Assembly: GCA_963514005.1 (NCBI GenBank)
Contig: OY740808.1
Coordinates: 11,842,001 to 11,906,000 of the forward strand
Origin: Raja brachyura
Lineage: Eukaryota
Length of the DNA: 64,000 nucleotides
Direction: 5' to 3'
In this document: positions 37,778 through 51,977 of the stretch, one piece after another
Numbering within the stretch: position 1 is the stretch's first letter
How the letters are laid out: each line of letters opens with the position of its first letter
The notes under the pieces: model-generated
Databases searched by the model: none
What the model was told of the DNA's origin: nothing
Seen by the model: the letters and a program-made list of their open reading frames with translations, nothing else
Position numbers and translations under genes: made by a program

Positions 37778-38869
37778 ACCGATTATTCTATTTACGATGC
37801 ATCGTTGTAATTTTCTGTGCAAATGTCCTTGCCTTCAATAGAATAAAAACAATAATGTCCGGAGTATAAACTGGTATTTTATGGAACAGAAATGGGATAA
37901 ACAGCTTTCGGGATATGGCAACTGCTTGGATGTTCTTCTCTGGGAATTTAAAAAAAAGTTTAACCGGGGGAATAAATTGTGAAAAGTGATGCACTGTGGC
38001 TGGGGAAAATCTGCTACCGATGTGGGTAAGCCGTATCTGGAGAGACCCTCCAGTACGATGTCAATTTCATGTAGTAAAATAACAGGTTCGGGACGTGTGC
38101 TGTCTATTTTCACTCCATCCCTTCCTCCACGGTTGTCAGTCACTCTCTTTCCCCCTTATTTTGTGGCTGACTTCGCTTCTTGTTCCCTTTTCACCCCCAG
38201 CCTTTGCCAATTAACCCCCCACCCCCATCTGCCAATCAACCTCTCTCACATGTATCCACCTATCACTTGGCAGGCTGTATCACACCTCATATCTATTTTC
38301 CATCTTTCTCCCCTCTGTTCCAATGAGTCTGCAGAAGGTTGTCGACCTGAAATGACGCCTCGCCATTCTAATGAGATATTGCCTGACCCGGCGAGTCATG
38401 TAGAGCGAAGTCTTGTTTTGCTGGATTTGTCGGTATTATGACCACCTCTCTGATCGAATTTACCTCTTCAATCCACTTCGTGTCAGACATAACATAATCT
38501 CGGAGGCCCTATTAATTAAACGGAGAGCCGAGAGTAGAAAGAAAAGTAACGGTTTATCCTTAAATATATACTATTTTCATTATCTTGAATCGGCTTTTCC
38601 AACGATATAATTAATTTACAAAATGTGATTTTTTAAAAAAGAAACAAATCTCGTATTTTATAGTTTTACAACCCCTTGTAAAATTGAAGTAATTTGGTGG
38701 GTAAAGCCTCAAAGTTAGTGACAGAAGGAGAAGCTCCGTCCTCAGCATTCCCCTCTCTTGTTCCAGGGCTAAGGCTTGATTGCTGGCGTGCATGAGGCGT
38801 TGGTGAGACCGCATTTAGAATATTGTGTTCAGTTCTGGGCACCATGTTATAGGAAAACTGAAAAGAGTG

Positions 38870-39900
38870 CAGAGATACCCATCCTGGATCAGCCCAATCA
38901 GGGTTGTGTCGTCTGCAAACTTGAGAAGCTTGACAGAGGTGTCTGTGGAGGTGCAGTCATTAGTGTGGCGAGAGTTGAGGGCAGGAGAGAGTACGCATCT
39001 TGCGGTGCTCCTATGCTGAGCGTTTGCGGGTTCGAGATATGCTTTCCCACCTCACATGCTGCTTCCTGTCTGTCAGAAAGCTGGTGATCTACCGACAGAC
39101 AGGTTCAGGCACAGTCAACTCAGAAAGTTTGGAGCGTTGTTGCTCTGACACAATGGTGTTGAATGCAGAGCTAAAATCAACAAAGAAAATCCTCCTATAG
39201 GTTCCCTGGCAGGCTAGGTGCTGGAGGATGAAGGGCAGGCCCAGATTGACTGCATCATCCACAGATCTATTGGCTCAATATGCAAAATGCTGAGGGTTCA
39301 GTAGAGGGATTGTGATATTTTTCAGCTTAGCCATCACAAGCCTTTCACCAATCTTCATGAATACAGAGGTCAGTGCGACAAGCCTGTAGTCATTAAGGCC
39401 AGTAATCCTTACTTTTTGTGCGCAGGGACAATAGTGGAGACATTGAAGCAGGCAGGGACAATACATGTTTGCAGGGACTGGTTAAAAATTAGTAATTGGG
39501 TGTGAACTGGTGATTGGAGTGGGGTGGATGTAGAAGGGCCAAGGCTTTGCAAACTAAGGTCAGGCTGTGAGTGGGTGTGAAGTGTTGGTTGGGGGTGGGA
39601 AAGGGACCACTCTTTTCATACTGGAGCCTTGCCTTAAGTCGGTGTGAAGTGGTGAATGGGAAGGAGAGGGTGCAGGGTCCATTCTTTGCAGACTGGGATC
39701 TGGCTGTCTTTGTTGTGGAGGGGGTACCTGGGTTACGTTTCTGATTTTCAAAACAGCAGATAAACTCATTCAGGTTGTTCGTCAGCTAACAATTTTCCAA
39801 AGAGTGGGGTGCTTTCCTCTTCAAGCTGGTGATTTCTTGCATGACCTTCCAAACTGAAGAGGGGTCACTAGCTGAGAACTTGCTCAGTACCTTTCGAAGG
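38870..39900 (-). mobile_element. Decayed Rex1/Babar-like RT fragment (paralog 57465-58930)
   Basis: 'ITGLNDYRLVALTSV'; the paralog reads 'FVDFSSAFNTIVP...WITSFLTDRKQHV'. Confidence 0.7.
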
Positions 39901-40199
39901 CAGCAGTGAATCCTCTTCTCAGCTCTTTATAGATTTGGCTATCTTTTAACTCTTTAACGATTAGGCTATCGGCTTGACGCATATTTGCCCTCACCCCCCC
40001 ACCGATCTCGAAATGGAAATGTTACATCTATATGTAATGATGCCATTAAAATTTATATTTATGTCACAAACTATGGAATTTATATTTTTCAGTATTGTTA
40101 TCAAGGAAAAGAAAGCAGTTCCATTTGTTTGGTATTATTTGATATTGTTTAAAATTATTCATATGGAGGAGGAAATATAATAGCTCTAAAACCTACCTT

Positions 40200-40870
40200 A
40201 ATTTTTAAATCTCACTGGTCATCTTTCTCCCCTCCCCTCCCCCACTCTCTCCCCCTCCCCCCCTCTCACATCCCCCCTCTTTCTTTTATTTTATTATTTA
40301 AAAAAAAAAAAAATTCTTTATTAGAACCAAGTGTACAAAAATATAACTAACACCATATGACACAATACAGTTATTGTACAGCTTCAATTTTGGCTTTTAG
40401 CTATAGTTTGAAAAACAGAAAGGAGAAAATGCAAGCGAGAGAAAAAGTGGAATGTGCAAGGATAGAACACTTAGATTACCAAAATGGTGTAGCCAAGGAG
40501 TAAATAAAATAAATAAGAAAGGACTAGAGAAATAAAAAGACCAAAAACAAAAGAAAGAAAAATGTGATGATATACCTGCCTCGCATCCCTCCCCACCCAA
40601 CACCCAACCCATAATTGGATTTAAATCCAAAATTGTGTTGTGTCATACTATCCTTGTAGTAAATCAATGAATTGTGTCCATGTCTTCCAAAAATGACCTG
40701 TTTTTTCTGCTAAGATAAGTCTAATATTGTCAAGATGCAGCGTCTTGGACATCTTTGTAGTCCACATTTTAAGAGTAGGGACAGATGTATGTTTGCAAAA
40801 TTTGAGTGTTAGTTTTTTTGCCATTATCGGGCCATAATTAAGGAAACGTATTGGAAATAACGATAGCTCA
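40200..40870 (-). mobile_element. L1/Tx1-like LINE 3' end (paralog about 59230-59900)
   Basis: 'GPIMAKKLTLKFCKHTSVPTLKMW...LHLDNIR...KTWTQFIDLL' resembles the L1-clade ORF2 C-terminus, followed by a T-rich UTR. Confidence 0.6.
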
Positions 40871-41749
40871 GAGCAGGCTTGGGGAGCAGGGAGCGATGAA
40901 GGTGGCATGGGCCCGGCGGGTGTTCCTGGGGCTCATCAGCGGTCAGTGGGGTTGGCGTGGGCCTAGCGGGGATCACGTGGGTCCAGCGGGGGTCACGTGG
41001 GCGTAGTGGGGGTGGCGAGGGCTCAGTGGGGGTGGCGTAGACCCTGCGGGCGTCAGTGGGGGTGGCCTGGGCGGAAGGTAGCTTGGGCCCCGGTGGCAGG
41101 AGGAGGCAAGGGGAGCGGATCCCGCTGCAGTGGCTTCTGGTGTTGGGGTTACAGACGCTGGGTTCAGATTCAGCCACTCCCACCCAGCGACGTGACAACG
41201 GTAGACGCGAGGCATCGAGCTCAATGTGTGGAGTACAAATGGATGTCCGATCCCACCCGGGCCCACTGCACACGCGCCGAGTGACAGCGTCATTTTGTGT
41301 CGCTTCCCCAAATGCGGAGGCGTGGATGGTCGCATTGTTTTAACTTCTCCCAAATCATCTAGTGGCCGGAACCAGAATTGCAGGAAATTTCCGACAAAGT
41401 GGACACGCTGATTGCGCTCCGCTTTTTTTTCTCGGGATTTTTTCTTACTGGTGGGGGGGGGGGGGGGGGGAAGGGGGGTGCGCTCACACCCAACGAACAC
41501 ACACCCTCCCCCACCCCCTTCGGTCAGCCATGCAATTACCTTCTGTAACTTGTCCCTATTGGATATATATACTGTATGGGCTGATTGTTGGTCGTTGTTG
41601 ACTCGATTAGCTGAAGGGCCTGTTTCCACGCTGTATTGAATTAAACTAAACACTTCAGTCCACGAATTTACTGGATTTGAATGCTCGTCCGTTTCTTCAC
41701 TTCCTAGTTCAGTTGCAAAACCAGAGATCGATCCCGGCTACACGAGCTT

Positions 41750-41915
41750 CTTTGTACGGTGTTTGTACGTTCTCCCCATGACCTGCGTGGGGTTTCTCCG
41801 AGAACTTCGGTTTCCTCCCACACTCCAAAGTCGTAGGATAGTGTTAATGTGCGGGGATCGCTCGTCGATGCGGACTCGGGGCCGACGGGCCTGATTCCGC
41901 GCTGTATCTCTAAAC
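41750..41915 (+). mobile_element. V-SINE/HE1-like fragment (paralog about 60890-61055)
   Basis: gtttgtacgttctcccc..gcgtggggtttctccg..cggtttcctcccacactccaaag central-domain motif. Confidence 0.6.
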
Positions 41916-42164
41916 TACCTAATGCCTTTGACGCAGTCGCTCCACAGTTCAACCTCATCATACCCTTCTCCCAACCCATTCAATGCCAGAGCTTGTTTTA
42001 GACTTTGTTGAACGTAACAAAGTCTCTGACAGATCAGAGCTGTAATTCCACAAACATTTGGATGAAAATAGAAAACACTTTTATTTATTCCCCATCTGAA
42101 CCGTAATTCCACCATTAAACATGGATATCGCCTAAACGACGCAGGTCAGTGGACTCATCGATCG

Positions 42165-42570
42165 TGTTCCACTCGAGTTCCCCGGGCCTCATCTTTCACC
42201 CCACCAGCCTCTGCATCCAACACATAATTCTCTGACATTTTCCTCTGATCCCACCACTAAGCACATCTTCCAATCTCCAACCCTTTCCGCCTTCCGCAGA
42301 GAACATTCCTCCGCAACTCCTTGGTTCACTCATCTCTTTTCACTGAAGCCACTCCCACTCCTGCCAACTTACCCTGCAACCGCGGGAGATTTAACATCTG
42401 CCCTTATTCCTCCACCCTCAGCTCCACCCAGGGACATCGGCAGTGAGATTCACATGCACCTTCTCTAACCTTATCTCCTCGATCTGGTGTTCCGGAGGTG
42501 GGTTACTGAGCATCGGCTAGACCAAGCGTAGATTCGGCGACCGTTTAACCGAACGTGCAAAGGCCTACTA
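42165..42570 (+). mobile_element. Decayed Penelope-like fragment at unit junction (paralog 61310-61850)
   Basis: Nucleotide similarity to 5250-5750. Confidence 0.65.
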
Positions 42571-42869
42571 GATGTTTGGAGATGAGCTTGCTTAAGATAA
42601 TGGTATTGAAAGCAGGGCCCTAGTCTATGAATAGGAGTCTGATGTATGTGCTCATCTCATCGAGATGTTCCAGGGACAAGTGTAGGGCCAGAAAGATTGC
42701 ATCAGCAGTGGACCTGTTGTGGTAGTAGGTGAACTGCTTGATAGGCTGAATCTGGCTGCTCTAGAAGTAATGGTGGATATCTGGACGATAGTCATTTAGG
42801 CATGAGATCTCGATTTTCTTTGGCACCGCGGTGATAGTGGTCTTCTTGGTGCATGACGGTACCTCAGAA

Positions 42870-43470
42870 TTAATTCCCGATCTACAACTAGACCAGTCCC
42901 ATTCACCAGAAAGAGCAAAATATATGATTTTTCGATGATCTACATTGATATCCTACACCCAGTTGCACGATCGATATCCATGCTTTGTCCCCATTCTCGA
43001 TTCCCCCGCGAGGCTTCGTTTGCTTTTGATGGGCACGGGGAGTTTGGAAATACTGGTCAGCGTTTAATGTGTCACCAACCTCAACCTCCATACGAGCTTG
43101 GATATTTGGCCCAGCAAGCTCATGCCTGCACATCTCCGCGGCGCCACGTGGTTTATTTACACTCAGAAATGTTAAGGAACAATAATCTTGCTCATAATCC
43201 GTCCCCACGAACCCGTATTCGCCAACGACATCTCTTCCCTACTCTAGAACCATTGGTGCTGGCCAGTGGCAGATCCGTCGATGGTTCTTTCCTGGGATCC
43301 TGAAACACATGCCGTTGTTCAATGGCTTTAATGTTCACACCAATGATTGGCTATTCTGCGTTCCGGCTGTATTTGGTGAGATTTTGTTGGTTCTGGTACC
43401 GTGGAATTACAATGCAGTTTGTGGAAGTAGGTTGATCAGACCAGGCATGGAGGACAATTTACATGTTAAA
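42870..43470 (-). pseudogene. Decayed coding-like exon (copy 2)
   Basis: Paralog of 20860-21455; ORF 42903-43208. Confidence 0.4.
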
Positions 43471-45022
43471 ATTGTTCCACTTCCAAAGTTGTCAGATGGT
43501 GTAACCTGAACCCAATGAATTCCAATGGTGTCACCTGAATCCAATAATCCACATTTTTTAATTACCTTTATAATAAATACATTTGAAATACATGTATAAA
43601 ACTGCAACAGTTTCAGAAGGAAATTTCACTTCCCAATAAAAAAAAGAACTGGGGTCTAAAATGTGGTCACAGAGATGCTTTTGAGGTCAGCTACAAGGAG
43701 GAGTACAAAGTAGTGAGATGAAGATATGTTGGGGTGAAATTTCAGAGATTTGGGATTTGCCAGGTGAAGACTGACGCTAATAATAAAAATAGTTAAAGCC
43801 AGGGATGCTTTTAGGTCCATAATTTGAGCCCTTCTGCTCTTTCCAGTTGATATATTCTTTGTGTCTGATCAGCTATTTATTTCAGATTTTCCTCCTATTG
43901 AGGTCGTTAGTCTGGTGAAATGAATAATGGGGGTTTCAATGAAATTAGGCAAGAATCAAATTATATAAATACATCTTTTAAAGGTGCTTCGACTGCGAGC
44001 TACTGTGATATATATTCAATTGCATTACTGTACTTTAGTAAATTTCACCAGTTGTTATATCCATCATACGTTACAACCTGGGAGCTCTCGTGAAAATTCT
44101 CATTTGTCCTGGAATTTGGTTGTCTTCCGGAAGAAAACCCAGAGGGAAATATCTCTCATTCCCGGTTTGACTTAATTTCACAGAAGAAATGATAGCACAA
44201 GTCTCACATAATATTACGTAAATAAATGATTGGAAAGTTTATGAAATTGCATTTATTTTAATGCAGATCATTCGTAAATAACAATGTAATTGGGAACAAT
44301 TGCTATGCTTATATGATCACAAGTGGATGGATCGCTGTTCAGAACCGCTGGTTCTTGATTCTGCTACTCTGGGTAAAAGAGTAGAGGACGTAGCTTTAAG
44401 GTAGCTTTATGATTTACTAGGAACCCGAAGGGCAACATTTTCGCACAGAAGTTGGTGAGTATTTGGAACGAGTTGCCACAATCCAAAAGAGTGACATCAT
44501 CTGCAGCACCTTTGGAATTTTTACAGTTCTTGTCATTTATGGGGAGGCAAATGCAAACAGTAGATGGCAGCATTGCATCGGTTATGAAATAATGTTAATT
44601 TAATGCTGAGATAGGGCAAATGGTGAATTATCACTGTAGCAATATTACGATAATGTGCATGCCCATAAACCCATCTAATGCCTACTCATTTTGGCGATTG
44701 TGGGTGTGGATGCGAATATACTAAGTGAGGAGAGGCTTTAACTTTTGACACATGACAGTAAAAGAGACGGAGGCACTTACTGAATGCTCAATTGCACTGG
44801 GAGAAACAAACACAACATATTTTTCCTCGTAAGTGCAATTCATAGTGACATAGTCTTAAAAAAAGAGTTCGGACAAAAAACATACAAGCTGCTCGCAATA
44901 GGTAAAGGCGGTAATAAAAATCGACCGTGTGGGCAGAAGGTACAGATGCTGTCTCCGATTATAACGGTAGATGGCGGTGCCGTACCTTAATTCTGTGCTG
45001 AAGCTCAACACGCCTATTCTGA

Positions 45023-45114
45023 GGGTTTCACAAAAAGCTGGAGAAACTCAGCGGGTGCAGCAGCATCTAAGGAGCGAAGGAGATAGGCGACGTTTCGGGT
45101 CGAGACCCTTCTTT
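45023..45114 (-). mobile_element. Short Penelope-derived insertion, unit-2-specific
   Basis: 14-bp TSD CACGCCTATTCTGA at 45009-45022 and 45115-45128. Empty paralogous site at about 24915-24930. Confidence 0.85.
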
Positions 45115-48100
45115 CACGCCTATTCTGAAACGGGTCAACCGCAATATTGTGTCTGTGCTCACGTATAGATCAGACCACCATTAATTTGATTATTTTCCCA
45201 TTGAAGGATATATTTGGGATCCAGTTGTTTTGCAATAATCAATCATACACCGTGATGTTTCTTTTGAAAGATTCTAGACATTTAACATAATTTAGATTCC
45301 ACGCTTTCTTTGTTGAAATAGGTCTGGATATATGGTCAAGGCCTCTGCGTTCGTAGTGATGTGATTTCCGTTTAAAACCATTGCTTATTTGCACTTCCTT
45401 CACCTTTGCTGGGAACGATTTGGTGGAATCTTTCACTGCATAAAAATATTCTCCGTTCACAGTTTTCTGATTCTATTACGGTCTAACCAGCTTGACAGAT
45501 AACCTCTCCGCTTACTCAATACTATGTTCTTTGTAACCCAACATATATCACAGGTTTTGCTCACTACTCTCGCGATATATCTTTCCACCATGCCAGATGT
45601 GTGCTCATGAACCTAAAGTCCCTCTGTTCCTGCGAACTATGAACCACATTATCCCGCTCCATACACGAGGCAAAATATACCAGCTCATGCTTCTCTGTGA
45701 GAGATTTCATCCATCATTCATCTGCTCATTCTCCTGTCATATTTAAATTTGAATTGCACGCTGAGTACCCCTCTCACTCTCATGCGTGTCAGCCGCTATT
45801 CTATCACGATTGTCGATGTGAATATATTGCTGTCGGTACAGAGCTCAATTGGGCATGGGGATAGAGGAGAATGAAATAATTGGCCAAAATGTCCGTGCAT
45901 TATGGAGCGCCTTTAATTTTTATTCGACAAACATGAAGACGGTTGCAAACAGGATTTTGTACATTTGATTGGGCTTGCTTTACTATCACTTGCCCAAAAT
46001 CGAAGCTCTGGACAACGCAGAGTGGTTGCTTTGAATGTATTGTTGCCATTCTCCATTACACAGTTTATTGTATTGAAGGAGCTGTTCGGCAAATTCTGAG
46101 TAATTGTGGGTGTGGGGTCACATTCATTTTAGACTTTTCCTTCTTAAAGTAACTGAAATTAGTTTAAATTACAGCCCAATTGCGTCATGCTCGCTTTACC
46201 AATTCCAGCTTTTAATTTCAAGTTTACTTTAACTCTGATATCAGCGCCAAATCACAGACATATTGAATTCAGTTATCTCCAATTGAGCTGAATATCAAAA
46301 AGACTACAGGTAAGATGCGTGATTCATTTATTCAAAGAATATCAATGTTTGTTTTGCCTGTCTTATTATGTGTCACGATTGGACAATAATGATGGTCCAC
46401 AATTGGACAGGGGAGAATAACAAGAAATATACATGAATATCTTTCCCCTCTTCCATTAGTGACATTACTTCAGTCCTTCATGAGCTGCATTTGCCATCTA
46501 CATCCTCCAGTCAGATGTCCGCACTCACCAGGCTTATTTCTTCAGATCTGCACAGGCAGCTGACACCTGCTTTCTGCAAGGAGACCTCGAACGTGGGCCC
46601 GGACTGGGGTGAGTAGGTCTGACAGAGCCGCGCCAACGGACTTGCCCTTGATACAGGCAGGACACATCCATTCCCAGGTTTCCATGTCCTCCAGAGGTGC
46701 TGCACGATTCGCTGAATTTCTCCTGCACATTGTGCGTTTTTTAAAAATCAGCACCTGAAGTTCTCAGTACCCCCCAGGTTTTCCATCTATAAATTTACCA
46801 AGGTGTTTGGTTCTGAATTTAAATGAACGCCATAAAGATTTAAAAACGACGGCATGACATAAATAAATGAACGCTATTCTCTTAAAAGAAACAAACAGAA
46901 AATCATATTACAACTCATTTTACACTGAGAACTCTTGCTTGCAGAAACATCGCTGGCACGTGGACCGAGACAGAAAAAAACACAGGACGAAATTATACAT
47001 CAATTATACATATAAATCTGAAACAAAGAAACAAGATTGCGTCCAAAAACACAACAATAAAAAAACATGTCGACAGTGTGCAAGAAATGTCGAGGCAACA
47101 ATAGGGTTATGTTGGTCCTTCCAAAAACTGGATAGTTGTAGGCAAGTAGCTGTTCTGGAACCGGGTGGTGTACCTTCTGCAGTCGATCTGTAAAAGTTTG
47201 TTGGAGTATTTGGAGACATAAAGTTATTTCTTTAAAATTCTTTGCAAGTAGAAGCATTGGCGCTCCTTCGTGGATGCATTTGTTTCCTGGGCCCGGGACA
47301 AGTCATCCACGATGTTAATGACGAGCATTTAAAGCTGCTAGCTCTCTCCACCACTGCTCCACCAAAAACAAACTGGCCCGAGGTCCCCGGACTTCCTCTT
47401 TCTGAAGTCAGCGACCATTTCGGTCTTGTTGCTTTGGAGCGAAAGGTGGTTGTTCTGACACCACTCAACCAAGTGTTCCGTCTCTCTTCTCTATGTTGAC
47501 GCAGCACCATCAGTGATTCATCCAAACAAAATGTTGAGTGGTGTTGGGGGTAGACCAATAGAAGACTTTGGAGCTGTGCTTCATGCCAAGGGGTAAAGGA
47601 AGTAGAACAGGGTGCAAAGCACGCAGCCTTGAGATGCACTGTGTTGATGGTCAATGGGGCGGAGATGATGTTCCCCATCCACGTTGGGTCACTTGAAGCT
47701 AATTAACCAAACAATAAAATGGTGACTAATCTGAGTTTAACCTCTGACCTGCATTCCTATCCACCTCTGGTAAAATATCACTACCCCACTTTGTTTATTT
47801 TGAATATTTCTACCTTTGGAAAAAAATAAAGATTGCTTCTACCACATTTTCAGAAACGTAATTGATGAGGCTTTCTCTTTTCTGATATATGTGTTTTGTT
47901 TCTTCACTTTTTGAAGTAGGCATTTATTTTTGTGCAACCGGTGACATTTAGTTTTAGATTACCCCAGACGAAATGTCCTGTCCCTTCGCATGCTATTAAG
48001 ACCCCGCATAATCACCCGTGCTTCAATTAAAGCAGCTTTCACGTTTCTAACCGTCGAGCAATTCCTCATAAAACAACTCCCTGGTTGCCGATTCTGCGAT

Positions 48101-51100
48101 GAAGTATAACTGAAACACTAAGACCCTCTCTCTTTTGTATTCGGTTTTTTCTGGCGTTAGATGCTAACACTGTTACCTTTCCTTGGCAGTTGTTGTACCT
48201 CTTTCTAGCCTGTGGCGAATCCTCACAAGCAAACCAAAATAATTCTGCTTCTCAAAACACTGCAAACTGTTATAATGTAAATATGAAGGGCCTGTAAATA
48301 TGTAAATATGCCTGTCCCGCTGCGTTACTCCAGCACTTTTGTACCTATATTGGAAAGAACATTCTTTGATATCACTTACCCTGCCAAAATTGACATTTCA
48401 CATGTTTCTATGTTTCCAACTAATCGCACTATATTCTTTTCTTAACGATAAATACCAGGACTCTTAGAAATTAGGTGCAGGAGTAGGATATTCGGCCCTT
48501 CGAGCAGCACCGCCATTCAATATGATCGCGGCTGATCATCCAAAATCAGTACCCCGTTCCTGCTTTCTCCCACATCCCTTGATTCCATCAGCCCTAAAAG
48601 CTATATCTAACTCTCTCTTGAATACACCCAGTGATTTAGCCTCCACTGCCTACTGTTGCAGAGAATTCCACAGATTCACAACTCCTTGGGAAAAAAAAAT
48701 GTTTCCACATCTCTGTCCTAAATGGCCTACCCATGTTTTTAAACTGGAACCCCTGGCTCTGGATTCCCCCAAATCGGGAACATTTTACCTGCATCTAGCG
48801 TATCCAATCCCTTGAGAATGTTATATGTTTGTATAAGATCTCCTCTCATCCTTCAAAATTCCAGTGCATATAAGCCCACTCGATCATATATCAGTTCCAC
48901 CATCCAGGGGATTAATCTGGTGAACCTGCGTTGCACCCCCTCAATAGCAAGAATGCCCTTCCTCAAATTTGGGGACCAAAACTGCACAGAATACTCCAGG
49001 TGTCGTCTCACTAGGGCCATGTACAACTGCACTAAGACCACCTTGCTCCTATACTCAAACCCTCTCGCAATGAAGGTCAACGTGCCATTCGCTTTTCTTC
49101 ACTGCCGACTGCACCTCATGGTTTCTTTCAGTGACTGATGTTCAAGGCCACCCAGGTCTCGTTGCACCCTCCCTTTCCCTAATCTGACACCATTCAGATA
49201 ATAATCTGCCTTCTTCTTGCCACCAATGTGGATAACCCCAAATTCATCCACGTTACACTGAATCTGCCATGCATCTGCCCACTGACCCATCTTATCCTAG
49301 TCACCCTGCAGCCTCATAGCATCCTCCTCGCAGCTCACACTGCCACCCAGCTTTGTATGATCAGCAAACTTGGAGATGTTACACTTAATTCCTCCATATC
49401 GTTAATATATATTGATAATAACTGAGGTCCCATCACTGAGCCTTGCGGCACCCCACTAGTCACTGCCTGCCATGTGAATGAAATAAAATACCAAAGCAAA
49501 AGGAGGCAACAGACAGTTAGTTATTGAGTATAGCTACTGCTCGTGAAAAAAACGCCTTTTTTATGTCTGAATGTGGCAGCTTTTATGGGAAACGCTTAAA
49601 AGAGATGATCTTACTGGCTCGCTTCCTGGCCTTTACGGCGTACAGTTCGTCAATGGGTTGAAGGTTGCAGCCAGCAACATTCTCAGCTGATCGAACGATT
49701 CGCTTCAGCCTCCGGAAAACGTGCTTGGTGGCTGAGCCAAACCAGACTATGATGGAGAAAGTGAGGACAGACTCTACGATGGTAATATAGAATGGGACCA
49801 TCATTGCCTTGGCAGAATGTGTTTCCTCAGCTGCCGCAGGACGTACGTCCTCTGTTGGGCCTTTTTGACCGTGGACTCGTTGGTGGTCCCCCATTTAAGG
49901 CCCTCGGAGATGATGGTTCCAAGGAACTTAAAGGACTTAATGGTGAGAGGGGAGGGGGAGCTGTCCTAAAATCTACAATCAATTCCACCTTCTCAAGTGC
50001 ATTGAACTCCAGATTGCAACGAAGGCACCAGGACGCCAGCTGTGTCACTTCCTGTCTGCAGGTAGATTCCACCCCATCCTGGATCAGTCCAATCACGGTT
50101 GTGTCGTCCCTAGGGTCCATGGGAAACCTCTTCTGGCCCTCTCCAACGCCAGCTCAACCTTCCTCAGATTGGAGCACAAAACTGTTCACAACACTGAAAA
50201 TGCGGTCTGACCAGTGCCTTACAAAGGCTCAGCATTACATCCCTGTTTTTGTATTTTGTTTTTTGTGTTCTGGCCCTCTCGAAAGAAATGCTAGCATTGC
50301 ATTCACCTTCCTGACTACCGACTTACAAATTAACTTTTGGGGAATCCTGCACAGGCACTCCCAAGCCCCTTTGCACGTTTCATTTCTGAATTTTCTCTCT
50401 TTCTCAACAACATTTTGACTTTTGCGAGATGACCTTTTTGATCATTTTGTCAGTACCCTTTATAACTTTAAGTAACAGCTTGCAATATTTCTGTCTCTCT
50501 TCCTTTCTGAATGAAAATGATCACCAAGGAACTTCCATGGTAGTTTTGAAATAAAATCTCAAACCCATGAATTCAGCGCTGCAATGGGATGAATTAAGAT
50601 TCTAGAATGGAATACAATTCATCTTAAGAACCTAAAGGCCCATGGCTCTATAAACTTCCTAATGATTGCAACTTGTGTGAGTTTGGTCCCTGCTTTAACT
50701 ACCATGTCTGCAGCCGTTTCTGGGATGTTGTCCGTGTTCTGTAGTGCAGACCGTTGAAAAATTACAGTTTACATTATCTGTCATCTCCATATTCCCCTTT
50801 AATTTTACCCCAGATCTACTTTGTCCACTCTTCAGGTTCTAATAAAAATGACAGAAATCCTTATTATCATGCCTTTCCACTTCTAGCTGACGTCCAACCA
50901 TACTTTAATGTTTTCGTACTCATTGAGCTCTTCGTCATATTTGTTTACAATTCGCTGTTCAATTTTCTGATTTCCATTCAACTTTGCTCATAGAAAATGT
51001 TTTTGCTCTTAGTTTACTGCTGTCTGTAACATGTTGAGATAATCGAGGATGTGTCACGCACTTGGATTTTATTTCTTGTGGCACGTGTGTAGGATCTGTC

Positions 51101-51824
51101 TTTTCAATGCTCACATTGAAAGCTCGCATTGAAATCTGGAATTTCCGAAATTTTAATTGAATTTGCTAGTGGACTTCAAGTTCAAGTTCATATTTAATGT
51201 CACATGTTGCAATTAAGGTGCAGTGATATTTGAGTTAACGCGCAGCCATACAAGTAAAAAGCACACAATACATTCAGCTGGCTCCGTTCCACGGCATGCA
51301 TTTACCCTTCTACAGCATTCCCTCACTCCCTCACACTTCTACTTTAATTAATGATTTATTGTTCTTCCCATGCCCTTCAATTCGACCGTCTGAAGCGTCA
51401 ACATCTTCTCGTTCTCTCGCACTGCGATGAAGACATATTAACAGACTTTCTTGTGCCGTTTAATTTGACCATCAAAGTGGACACTTTAAATCAATGAAAG
51501 GGCTTAGTGGAATGGTGCCTTGCGATATTACACGACTGCGAATTGTTTGCATGAAAAGAGCAAATGTTTTATTTTATAATTATTTGGGAGCTTAAGGGGA
51601 TTAGTGCAAAGTCTGTACAGTCCCATCATTCGACGCAGCTGACACCTTTTACTCAGTAAATAAGAGCCTGCTCTCGCACAACAGTTCCCGTCTGAGTCTC
51701 AGAGCTTCTCTCTCCCTCCCCTCGCCGCCGTTGAGTTGTCTGCTGTTCTCCTCCCACTTAAAACAACATGAAAATGTCTTTCTCCCAAAGGACTGGAGCT
51801 GCAGAAATATCATTTTACACCGAG

Positions 51825-51913
51825 CCAATAATTCAGTGAATCGATGTCACGTGGATAAAGATTTGCATGAATAATTAATAATTAGTGACGTTGGGATGCT
51901 GAAGACTTTAAAA
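51825..51913 (+). promoter_or_regulatory. IgL V promoter 2 (octamer ATTTGCAT 51861-51868)
   Basis: Same motif set as promoter 1. Confidence 0.8.
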
Positions 51914-51977
51914 GAGAAACTTCGAAAGGGCTCAAAACCGCGCTTGTGCAGCAAAATATTCCTTTGTCACCTTCGAC

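Larger units (their letters stand above)
20435..42570 (+). repeat. IgL tandem duplication unit 1 (about 22 kb)
   Basis: Collinear with 42571-61850: same LINE fragment, decayed exon block, CR1 pieces, IgL cluster, L1 tail, GC-rich block, SINE and Penelope fragment. Confidence 0.85.

Noticed and set aside
40824-41653. Long overlapping Pro/Gly-rich ORFs (also 59941-60794)
   Set aside because: By-product of GC-rich minisatellite sequence; frames differ between paralogs.
44784-44990. 'AIHSDIVL' resembling an Ig V start
   Set aside because: No downstream Cys/Trp framework, and it is not conserved in unit 1.
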